NCBI RefSeq assembly: GCF_006345805.1
Contig: NC_042999.1
Coordinates: 111,724,001 to 111,788,000 of the forward strand
Length of the DNA: 64,000 nt
Direction of reading: 5' to 3'
Source: Octopus sinensis
Taxonomy: Eukaryota
Made by a program: the position numbers and the translations under genes
Shown here: piece by piece, positions 40,301 through 51,001 of the stretch
Numbering within the stretch: the stretch's first letter is position 1
Layout of the letters: each line of letters starts with the position of its first letter
Notes under the pieces: model-generated
What the model saw: the letters and a program-made list of their open reading frames with translations, nothing else
Database searches by the model: none
Told to the model about the DNA's origin: nothing

Positions 40301-41269
40301 GCCCCATGTTGGGAATCATGGAATTAGACATATCCAATTCGAAGTCATTGACTGTTATAGTTTCATAACCCAGGTTCCACTTACAAGATACATAATATTT
40401 ATCAGAGCATACAGTGGCCTACGATAAGTTTTTAGCCACCCTGAATTTTTGCGATTTCATAATTTGTAGCATGTTTCTTGCATATTATACTGTATTTTCT
40501 CTCATCTTTTGAAGATTAATAGATTTTTCAAATGTTATGTCCTGATGAAAGTGGAGTGAAGTGCAGAAATTATGAGTTCAAATGAGGGAATCATTTAAAA
40601 AACCAAATGCTATGCCTTCCGACCTAATATGACCTAACTGCATTTCCACCAGAACCCCTCCTAAAACACTTTCCCCCCAAAATTGTGTGTATTCGGAATC
40701 TACATAACACAATTTCGTAGACAATTTCATTAGAAATATCAATTTTACTGAAAATTTTTACTGAAAGTCGGGGGTGCAGAAGTCTGTAGTTATGCCGATT
40801 CTAAAATACATAAAATGAGTAGTGCAAGTAAAAAAAACGTTCGTCAATATTCAGAGGAATATCTAAAATTTTGATTTATATCCGCTACCCATCATAAACT
40901 GTCACCAAGTTATGGGTCAAAAACTCGGATCTTGTGAATTTTCCGAAGTCCTCTCTCCACCCCTCGGAAAAGATTTTCCCACAAATTTCTTTATAATCGT
41001 AATCTATGTTGGTTGAAAGGTTTTTATATAAAATTTCATTTAAAAAAGACATTTTCCAAAAAGTTATGAGAGAAAAACTGGGATCTTGTGAATTTTCCGA
41101 ATCCTCCATCCCCCGGCTCCGCTGATATCAGCGCTTTTTTTTTTTTTTTTTCATATTCGTTTCCTACATATTTTTTTTTTTACGCCCGTTGCACTATTTT
41201 TTTTTAATTTTGTTTTCGGGTAATATTGTAAACATTAACCAAATTTTGAATAACAAAAATTAAATATCA

Positions 41270-41337
41270 CAAGGGGGCAACAGGATTTTAGAAATGGTTC
41301 GATGGGGCACGGCCAAAAATCGGTTGGGAATCACTGA
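41270..41337. mobile_element. hAT-like DNA transposon terminus remnant
   Basis: ggttgggaatcactg resembles a CAGTGATTCCCAACC-type TIR; a similar end lies at ~40310. Confidence 0.4.
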
Positions 41338-43769
41338 TCTAATTGAATATATTTTCGTTGTAAAACGTAATTGACGCGTTGATATTTCGTAGATTCGAAA
41401 ACATAGATTGTTTTAGGTCAGCGTTTACTCTTCTAAAGATTGTTCTAATAGCTATACCAAAAGCCATTTTAGATGCGTTAATGGTACGTTATATTTGAGG
41501 CTGCCTAGGCCGTTATGTTCCGTATGTATCGTATATATTGTACTCCTGCGTTGATTTCAATGTTACACTTCCTGCAAATTTCCTGAAATTTCGGCTGTCA
41601 TTGCACAATATTGTTTTGGCTTACTAAACATATGTTCCTTGACTTATCTGCGAATATGACTAACTTCGGAAGGAATTATATTGTTTTGTTTTCGCACGCG
41701 CGCAGGTTTGTTGGTGGGGGAGGTAATTTGCATAGAAATCGCTATTTCTGCTTTAATTAATACATTCTTTATTAAACGAACGCCACAATATTTTTTTTGT
41801 TTTCTACGTCTATTTTATAGTGTATTAGAGTCCTCTACCACGATTCTTTAGTGATCATTAATCTGATCTCCAATAATTAAGCTTTTTATAGCTTACCATT
41901 TATGACATATCCCGTTTTCCTAACGTGCGCATTTACGTAAGACATTCTGGACTGAATCAGGATATTTTTTATACTTTAGAATGAATATTTTAATTTATTT
42001 TCGCTCCCAATATTTATGCTTATTGTTTATGTACTTTAATGTATTCAGTATGGCGGGAGCGATAACTTGATTTCTTCTAATAACATCAATTTGTCTAACT
42101 CTCTTTGGCGTGTACAAAGTCTGATTTTATACATGTGTGTGTGTGTGTGTGTGTGTATTTGCTGATAATGACGTACAGTAGCAAGTGAGATGTTGCAACA
42201 TTTCTATGCACGATTAAGACCTCTACATATATCAACAAATCCCATTCTTACGTAATAACCAGGTATGATACCAAATGCCGCAGCATTAAGAACGAAAATG
42301 TCTGTGCTTGCAAATTTTCGTTGTTGACGTAGTTACTGTTTTTGGTTTTTTTTACGCTCAAATCAGTCCTGAACGAACATGCAAATTATCATAGATTTCC
42401 AGCCGTGACCATTCTGCCGTTTTCTTCAGATATCGTCCATCTACTTCTAAGTCATCCAATGTCTCCTTTCCATTTTAAAGATGTTTCTTGTGGTTTAAGA
42501 GACGATTGATTCATTGCAAAAGTGTGAACGTGAGTGCGTGCGAGAAAAAAAAAAAATGGTTTAGTGGTTTGGGTGCATGTGTGTAGGAATGCGTATGAGA
42601 GAGAGAGATGGGGGAGAGAGAATGGAGGGGGAGAGAGAGGGGAGAAATAGCGGGGAGATGGGGGGAGAGTGGGAGAGGGGAGAGAGCGAGAGAGAGAGAG
42701 GGAGGCAGCGAGAGGGAGAGAGGAAATTGTGATAAAGAGAAGCAGGAAGAGATATGGAATAATTCAATATGAAAACAAATATTTTTATTATGTATATATT
42801 GGTCTGTTGTTTTCAACTCTCTCAATGCATGAATCAAGATGAATACTTTGCTACACTCTCTTCTGCCATGCAAACTATATAAAATGAATATTTTCTCTGC
42901 GAATCAAGTAGATGTCGGTTAATATCTTCAAAGTTAAAACCAAACAATTTTATCACAACGTTTGCCTTATGAAGATAATTCTTGTCATTTCAATAACAGA
43001 CCAGAAATTAAAAACCAACAAAATCAATCCAGGCATTAAGATACCACTTCAAACTGATATAGTCGATATCAACTGCATGGTATAAAGGTAAACACCTAGT
43101 CTTTTAGTGTGTTTATTCCTTGACTATCTCCTCTCTCGGTCTACACATCAAGAACATATACTTGAGTACCACTTGCCAATGGTGAATGGGTTTTAACCAT
43201 CAATCGTTTTAACTTCTATCTTATGATACCATCATTTCAATATATGAACCATTTTTGTTACCTTTGTGCGATTAGAGACTCAGTTATTTCTAAGTCCACT
43301 TAGCGGTAAAAATCTTTAAAGTTAGAAAGCAATTAAAAAAGATTTTTCTTTGAATTTAACAACAACAACACCAACAACAACAACAATAATAATAATAACA
43401 ACAACAACAACGACAACAACAACGACGTAGTTATATTTAAGTGTCTGGCATTTTGTTTCAAGAACTTTTTAAAAGTATGTTTTAAAAAATTCATCATAAT
43501 TATTTCACATCGATGCAAGATTATTTTTATTTACTCCAAATTTTTTATGTATTTTTTGTGGAAATATTAGTAAGACATTTAAATTTTTTTTAAATTCTAA
43601 TTTTTCTACTAATCCCTTTTGAAAATAAAAATTTATCTTCCAGTTAGACATGCTACTGAAGTCTTTGCCAGTCCTCATAACTTCAAAATGAATAATTTAA
43701 GTATATTTATCACAATTAAATTGAAGATGGTTTATGAGATAGTTTAGGCGATAATAGAGGAGAGCCAAA

Positions 43770-44135
43770 AAGGCGACGAGCTGGCAGAAACGCTAGCACG
43801 CCGGGCGAAATGCGTAGCCGTATTTCGTCTGTCGTTACGTTCTGAGTTCAAATTCCGCCGAGGTCGACTTTGCCTTTCATCCTTTCGGGGTCGATTAAAT
43901 AAGTACCAGTTACGTACTGGGGTCGATATAATCGACTTAATCCGTTTGTCTGTCCTTGTTTGTCTTCTCTGTGGGTAGTAAAGAAATAGGTATTTCGTCT
44001 GCCGCTACGTTCTGGGTTCAATTTACGCCGAGGTCAACTTTGCCATTCGAGGGTCGATAAATTGAGTACCAGTTGCGTACTGGAGTTAGCTCCTTCCTCA
44101 AAAATTTCGGGCCATGTGCCTAGAGTAGAGAAGAA
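43770..44135 (+). mobile_element. tRNA-derived SINE family B with partial tandem second unit
   Basis: A box tggcagaaacg, B box gagttcaaattcc, cctttcatcctttcggggtcga domain. Confidence 0.9.
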
Positions 44136-44868
44136 TAAGAACCATCAGGAATAATAAAGTAAGAAAGGTTGACTGGTGACTCCTGCTGCCTATGGTTGCT
44201 TACGGAATAAGAGCGAGAGAGGGGGAGATAGAAAGAGTTTACTATGGGACGACAGAGAAGGTGAATTTTCTCCTTAAGGGAGGAGAATCGCTTCTAGGTT
44301 ATATTTTATCTTTTTTTTTTATTTTGAGAGACCATTTCCCTATGAGTGAAAGAGCATATAAGGTTTCCATATTTCCTTATTTATTAAACAATGAAACAAA
44401 ATCCTTTATTCCACACTTAATATATCATCGTTCTTATTTAGAAGTTACTGTATAGCAATATAGTAATTTTAAGACAACTCTGTGTCTTTATCAATAATGT
44501 CCTATCTCATGAAATTTGATCTTCCATCGCCTTCTATCGCAATGACTTATACTAAGATAGCATGCACAACAATTTCTTATTTGTTCTCGGTTTATTGATG
44601 ATAAAAGAAAAACTTCGATCACTTCTGTTAGGCTAATATAATATCATACCTTTAAAATAAAGCAATATCTCTGATAATTACACAGCAAATGTTTTTTTAA
44701 AATTTTATTCAGTTTACAAAATCTCATCTATGGCATCTGCTCACTTAACTGTCTACACTTGATGTCGTTCCTTGCTTCAACATTACGTTGTTTTGTAATT
44801 GTTATTACACTTTTCATCCTTGTAAAAGAAAAGAAGAAAATTAAAAGACTTTTTTTTTCTTTGAAGGA

Positions 44869-45000
44869 GGCGAGCTAGTAGAATCGTTAGCACGCCGGGA
44901 CCAATAAGATAGGTACCAGTAAGGTACTGGAGTCGATGTAATTGACTAGTCCCCTCCCTCGAAATTTCAGGCCCGGTGCCTACAACAGAAAGGGCTATTA
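44869..45000 (+). mobile_element. SINE family B, internally deleted
   Basis: Head ggcgagctagtagaatcgttagcacgccgg joined directly to the tail. Confidence 0.7.
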
Positions 45001-45076
45001 TTATTTTGATTTGTCTCAGGTTCGGTTTATTTCTGGTAGGGATTCTACTACTACTATTATTATTTTTAGTAGTAGT

Positions 45077-45142
<66 letters not shown>

Positions 45143-45143
<1 letters not shown>

Positions 45144-45540
45144 AGGTGACGAGCTGGAAGAGTCGTTAGCACGCCGGGCGAAGTGCGTAGCGGTATTTCG
45201 TCTGCCGTTACGTTCTGAGTTCAAATTCTGCCGAGGTCGACTTTGCTTTTCATCCTTTCGGTGTCGATTAAATAAGTACCAGTTACGCACTGGGGTCGAT
45301 GTAATCGACTTAATCCGTTTGTCTGTCCTTGTTTGTCCTCTCTGTGTTTAGCCCCTTGTGGGTAGTAACGAAATAGGTATTTCGAGCTCCCTTACGTTCT
45401 GAGTTCAAATTCCGTCCAGGTCGACTTTGCCTGTCATCCTTCCGGGGTTGATTCATTAAGAACTAGTTACACACTGGGGTCGATGTAATCGACATAATCC
45501 CTTCCCCCAAATTTCTGGCCTTGTGCCTACAGTGGAAAGG
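45143..45540 (+). mobile_element. SINE family B dimer, copy 1
   Basis: Appears identical to 45619-46016 (476 bp period). Confidence 0.9.
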
Positions 45541-45618
<78 letters not shown>

Positions 45619-45619
<1 letters not shown>

Positions 45620-46016
45620 AGGTGACGAGCTGGAAGAGTCGTTAGCACGCCGGGCGAAGTGCGTAGCGGTATTTCGTCTGCCGTTACGTTCTGAGTTCAA
45701 ATTCTGCCGAGGTCGACTTTGCTTTTCATCCTTTCGGTGTCGATTAAATAAGTACCAGTTACGCACTGGGGTCGATGTAATCGACTTAATCCGTTTGTCT
45801 GTCCTTGTTTGTCCTCTCTGTGTTTAGCCCCTTGTGGGTAGTAACGAAATAGGTATTTCGAGCTCCCTTACGTTCTGAGTTCAAATTCCGTCCAGGTCGA
45901 CTTTGCCTGTCATCCTTCCGGGGTTGATTCATTAAGAACTAGTTACACACTGGGGTCGATGTAATCGACATAATCCCTTCCCCCAAATTTCTGGCCTTGT
46001 GCCTACAGTGGAAAGG
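45619..46016 (+). mobile_element. SINE family B dimer, copy 2
   Basis: Tandem duplicate of 45143-45540. Confidence 0.9.
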
Positions 46017-46064
<48 letters not shown>

Positions 46065-46065
46065 G

Positions 46066-46270
46066 GCAACTGAGCGTAGAATTCTTAGAGCGTCGAGCAA
46101 AATGTTTTGTGGTGTTTCTTCCAATTCATATTCAGCGTTCAAATTCCGTCGCGGTCGACTCAGTCTTTCATCACTCGGGGTTGATAAAATCAGTAACTGT
46201 TGAGCGGTGGGGACAATGAAATCGATTTTCCCAACACCTAATATTTCTGGTCTTGAACTAAAATTAGAAA
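46066..46270 (+). mobile_element. SINE family B, diverged
   Basis: gttcaaattccgtcgcggtcgac...ggggttgataaaatc. Confidence 0.65.
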
Positions 46271-46382
46271 AAACATATTGAAAATGTACTGATGGTAACA
46301 ACTTTAAGGTAAAATAACTTTGGAATACTGAATTCATACAACATATGTGTATGCTGTAGGCATGCATATATGTATATGTATG

Positions 46383-46414
<32 letters not shown>

Positions 46415-46624
46415 CGCGCGCGCGTGCGAGCGCTTATATATATGTATATACATATATATCGTGACGCATATTTGCCATTTGAATATGGCTAACCCCTAAG
46501 GGTGGATGCTACTGTAGTTTGTAGCCCCAGGAAGATATCTCCTCCAGCTGGCTATAGACACACTATCTGTGTCCTCTCAGTATTTGTTAAGGGGAGTCAT
46601 CCTCCCCGTCTTCAACTCATAATA

Positions 46625-46669
46625 CACACGGACCCGAGTTTCAAGGTGTTTACCTTTCATCAGCGTGTG
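46625..46669 (-). ncRNA. Canonical type I hammerhead ribozyme
   Basis: CACACG CTGATGA AAGGT AAAC ACCTT GAAA CTCGG GTC CGTGTG; GUC site. Confidence 0.85.
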
Positions 46670-46976
46670 ACAATCATGGTTGTCGACGAGAAGTCAGCTC
46701 CCTTCACAAATACATATACTTTTTCCAGTGTCGATTGACACTGATATTGAAAAAGTGAAATCAAACAATGATAAATCTCAGAGCGAGTTATAAACAGTAG
46801 CGGTAACACATCGTGACGCATATTTGCCATTTGAATATGGCTAACCCCTAAGGGTGGATGCTTCTGTAGTTTGTAGCCCCAGGAAGATATCTCCTCCAGC
46901 TGGCTATAGACACACTATCTGTGTCCTCTCAGTATTTGTGAAGGGGAGTCATCCTCCCCGTCTTCAACTCATGATA

Positions 46977-47021
46977 CACACGGACCCGAGTTTCAAGGTG
47001 TTTACCTTTCATCAGCGTGTG
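46977..47021 (-). ncRNA. Canonical type I hammerhead ribozyme (second copy)
   Basis: Identical motif 352 nt away. Confidence 0.85.
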
Positions 47022-47136
47022 ACAATCATGGTTGTCGACGAGAAGTCAGCTCCCTTCACAAATACATATACTTATGTTACCGCTACTGTTTATAACTCGC
47101 TCTGAGATTTATCATTATATATATATATATAGTATG

Positions 47137-47172
<36 letters not shown>

Positions 47173-47254
47173 CATACATACACACACACGCACACGCACA
47201 CACACACGCACACACACACACACACATATATATATACATATATACACATATATA

Positions 47255-47462
47255 TATATATAGTTAATCCAAACATGAAAACACAAAGAGAAAACACAAC
47301 AACGCGAGGACGTGGAACAAGTATAGTATTATTGGATGCTCAGGAAAGAAGGAGGGTTTAATGCTTCGAGCGGAGCTCTTCGTCAGAAACATAGGAAAAG
47401 GAAAGATCCAAAGAAGGGAAGACGGAGGGAAAAAATCGCCAACGGTACACACGCGGTCGACA
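47255..47462 (-). mobile_element. Solo pseudo-LTR-like fragment of another PLE family
   Basis: Same layout as the 18.1/22.6 kb pLTRs, including gctcagga next to the HHR; starts at (TA)n. Confidence 0.55.
47356..47390 (-). ncRNA. Minimal hammerhead motif (one core change)
   Basis: GTTT CTGACGA A GAG CTCCG CTC GAAG CA TT AAAC. Confidence 0.55.
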
Positions 47463-47670
47463 ACATAAGAATGAATGAGACCTCGATATGATGTAAAATA
47501 GAGGAATTTATCTATAAATATAACATGTGACAATTAGTTTGTTGTCATATTTTTTACCTAAAAGAACCTTGGTAATAAAGACATGAGAAATGGAGCGAAG
47601 TTGGGTCCAAGGATTCTTTGTTTCTTCCGTGCCTTTCAACATCAATATATACATACTTACACACACACAC

Positions 47671-47744
<74 letters not shown>

Positions 47745-47756
47745 GATATATATATA

Positions 47757-48459
47757 TTAATCAATTTAGGGTAGCAAAAAATTCAGTAAAAATTTATCGC
47801 TACCAGCGGCCTGGTGGAAAAGAGAAAATAGTCAAAGACTAAATATGTATAAATATACCCTAATTAGGGTAAATGTTTTTAAATTTTCACCTTATTTCCG
47901 AATTACACTACTTGGCGGTTGGAGTTCTGGCTGCTCTTTCTGGTGGACGAATGGCCTGTTTAGGCCATTCCTAAATTGTTATATTTATACATATTTAGTC
48001 TTTGACTATTTTCTCTTTTCCACCAGGCCGCTGGTAGCGATAAATTTTTACTGAATTTTTTGCTACCCTAAACTGATTAATTGATAATTTTCTGACTAAT
48101 TCTGAGATTGAATCGGCAGTTTATATTTGCTGCCGATAAGTTTGGCGCGAATGCGTTGGTCTTGAAAATTTTAAGACAGATATTCCCGAGGCATTGATAC
48201 AGTCGCCTCGTGTATATCCGTCTCTCCCAGGTTTCTTTTACTGATGAAGTGTGACCTATGGTAGACTAGCTTAATTTAATTTAATTAAGCTGGTCTATCA
48301 TTAAAGACACTGAAACGATGCATCGTATAAAAGATGAATTAGGGTAAATGTTTTTAAATTTTCACCTTATTTCCGAATTACACTACTTGGCGGTTGGAGT
48401 TCTGGCTGCTCTTTCTGGTGGACGAATGGCCTGTTTAGGCCATTCCTAAATTGTTATAT
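47757..48459 (+). mobile_element. Non-coding hammerhead element with invB-A-B-A architecture (475 bp period)
   Basis: 123 bp direct repeats 47862-47984 and 48337-48459; 101 bp inverted repeat 47757-47857 / 47980-48080; (TA)n flanks. Confidence 0.85.
48234..48334 (+). ncRNA. Canonical type I hammerhead with long branched stem II
   Basis: TCTTTTA CTGATGA AGTGT..insert hairpin..ACACT GAAA CGATGCATCG TA TAAAAGA; GUA site. Confidence 0.8.
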
Positions 48460-48515
48460 ATATATATATATGCATATACATACACACACACAGATATATA
48501 TATACATATATATAT

Positions 48516-48546
<31 letters not shown>

Positions 48547-48680
48547 AATGTATGTGTGTGCATACATACGTGTGTGTGCTTGTGTGTGTGTGTGTTTGTG
48601 TGTCAGCGCACGCGCGTTTTAGTAGATTCATTGAGTGACAGATTTCATCAGTGAAAAAAGTAAGAAAATAATGAAGATAT

Positions 48681-48702
48681 CGAAGAAGAAGAAGAAGAAG
48701 AA

Positions 48703-48749
<47 letters not shown>

Positions 48750-48800
48750 AGAAGAAGAAGAAGAAGAAGAAGAAGAAGAAGAAGAAGAAGAAGAAGAAGA
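48681..48800. repeat. (GAA)n microsatellite
   Basis: Direct reading. Confidence 0.95.
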
Positions 48801-49847
48801 TTAATGTTAATGATGATCATGATTATGACGACGATGGAGAATGAGAATGAGGAGGAAGAGAAGAGGCAGAGAGGGAGTGATGGTGATGGAGTTGGGTGGC
48901 TGTATGATCAAAGAAAAATGTCTTCTATTTTCTTTATATGATTAGCTTACAGCCACAGGTTTTACATAGGCAGTTATTAGCGAGAATAAGCAAGAGGAAG
49001 AGAGAGAGAGAGAGAAAGAAATAGATAGATATATCTAGTGTAGTGATAATTCATTAAACGATAATCTCCAATTAGTTGTATCGACACCCCATCTTTAAAG
49101 CAGAAATCTTAACAAGCCGGTCTTTTGGGAGACACGAAAGGAAAAAGTTTATGTATACTGCTTGTTTCTTTTGTTTCCCACCAATATATTTGTACCTCAT
49201 TTATTTATTTATTCATTTATTTATTTTATAGTCGTCACTGGCCGTATTAGTGACTGTATTTAGTTCATGAAGTTTGTTATGTACTTTTCTCTGCTACGAT
49301 ACTTGTTCCAAAACAGTAGCTATTATTGCGCTGAAAGATAATAATTTCGCAGCTTCCCCATATTTTTTCCACACTTTTGGCTCGAGTCAAATGGAACCAC
49401 GATATGATTGCTTCATTTGCTAGAAATAACAGCCCAGTGTCTTTAAAAAAGAATATGTAATAAGGGTATATTGGATAAAAGACTTTATCTAAAGAAGTCT
49501 AGATGGTCATAGCTAGAGTGCTTATGATTGTAAGTTTTGTTTTTAACCCATATATACCCCTGAAAAACCTGCTCCTACTTGTTTGGACATGAACACGCTG
49601 GGAAGCATCTGACTGAGCATATGAAATATTTAGTAGGTAGTCTACACCCATAGCTAACAGTTGCATCCTGTCCTTCTCTTCCGGATTGTGGAAGCTTACC
49701 ATAACGTTTAATCTAAATACAGTGAAATTTTTTTATGGGCATATATGGGTTAAGACTTGACTTGAAGCTAAACAACAACAGAATTAAAACAACAACAATT
49801 CGTCTCACTGTACGCATAATAATATTTCTAATATAGACACAAGGCCT

Positions 49848-50030
49848 GAGACTGGGGAGGGGGGTAAGTCGATGAAATCAACTCCAGTATTTGCCTGATA
49901 TCTTAATTTATTGATCTTAGAGGGATGAAAGGCAAAGTTGACCTGAGTGGGATTTGAACTTAGAACATAAAAAGCCAAAACAAATGCTGCTAAGCATTTG
50001 AGAAAATGCTTTAGCAATTCTGGCAATCCA
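49848..50030 (-). mobile_element. SINE family B, degenerate
   Basis: gatgaaaggcaaagttgacc...atttgaacttagaac. Confidence 0.7.
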
Positions 50031-50146
50031 GCACCCTAGGTAATAATGACAATAATAATGACAATTTCTTTCATCAGCATGATTCAAGTTAAAAGATAAG
50101 CCACAGTTTATGTTTTACACAAGAGCTATAGTAGAAGATACATACC

Positions 50147-50460
50147 TCGTGAGTGGATTTGGTAGACGGAAACTGAAAGAAGCCCGTCGTATATATTTAT
50201 ATTTATGTGTGTGTGTGCGCGCCCGTGTATGTGTATGTGTGGGTATTTGTATCTGTGTTTGTCCTCCACCACTGTTTGACAACCGGTGTTGGTGAGTTTA
50301 CAGCTCCATAACTTAGCGGTTCGGCGAAAAAGACGGATAGAATAAGTACCAGACTTTAAACAATAAGTACTGAAATCAATCTGTTAGTCTAAAGAAATTC
50401 TTCAAGGTGGTGCCCCATCATAGCCGCAGTCTTTTGACTGAAACATGTAAAAGATAAAAG
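50147..50460 (+). mobile_element. SINE family A, 5' truncated
   Basis: gtgagtggatttggtagacggaaactgaaagaagcccgtcg...gactgaaaca. Confidence 0.8.
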
Positions 50461-50921
50461 ATATAGTTACTGGGTTTGAAAATTTTTATTGAAGGGACTA
50501 ATTGATTACATTGGCCCCAGTGGGGTTGATAAAATAAAGCCAGTCAAGCACTAGAATCGATGTAATTGACAATCTCCCTTGCCAAACATTTCAGGCCATG
50601 TACTTTTAATGGAAATGATTATTTTATTTATATACACGCAAAAGAGATCGTTATTCTATACAAGCATCAGTGGATTGAAAGAATCATTAGCATGTCGGAT
50701 AAAATGCCTTGCAGTATTTGTTAAGGTTTAAATTTCGGCAAGGTCAACCTTGCTTTTCATTCTACCAGTGTTGTAATAGTCAAGTAGTCGAATCGATATA
50801 ATCGGCTGTCCTTTGTCATTAGTAAATTTCTTCACTTGTGCATATATTAGGAAATATCCCTCTATACATGCACATACACTTGTGCCTATGTATATGCTTG
50901 TTAAGAGACAGACAGGCACGC

Positions 50922-51001
<80 letters not shown>

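Larger units (their letters stand above)
46458..47116 (-). mobile_element. Non-coding tandem hammerhead element (retrozyme/mini-PLE-like), 352 bp period, with 42 bp inverted segment
   Basis: 264 bp direct repeats 46458-46721 and 46810-47073 (3 differences seen); 46767-46808 is the reverse complement of 47075-47116; (TA)n flanks. Confidence 0.85.

Noticed and set aside
40538-40580. cctgatgaaag...gaaa
   Set aside because: No stem II, III or I complementarity
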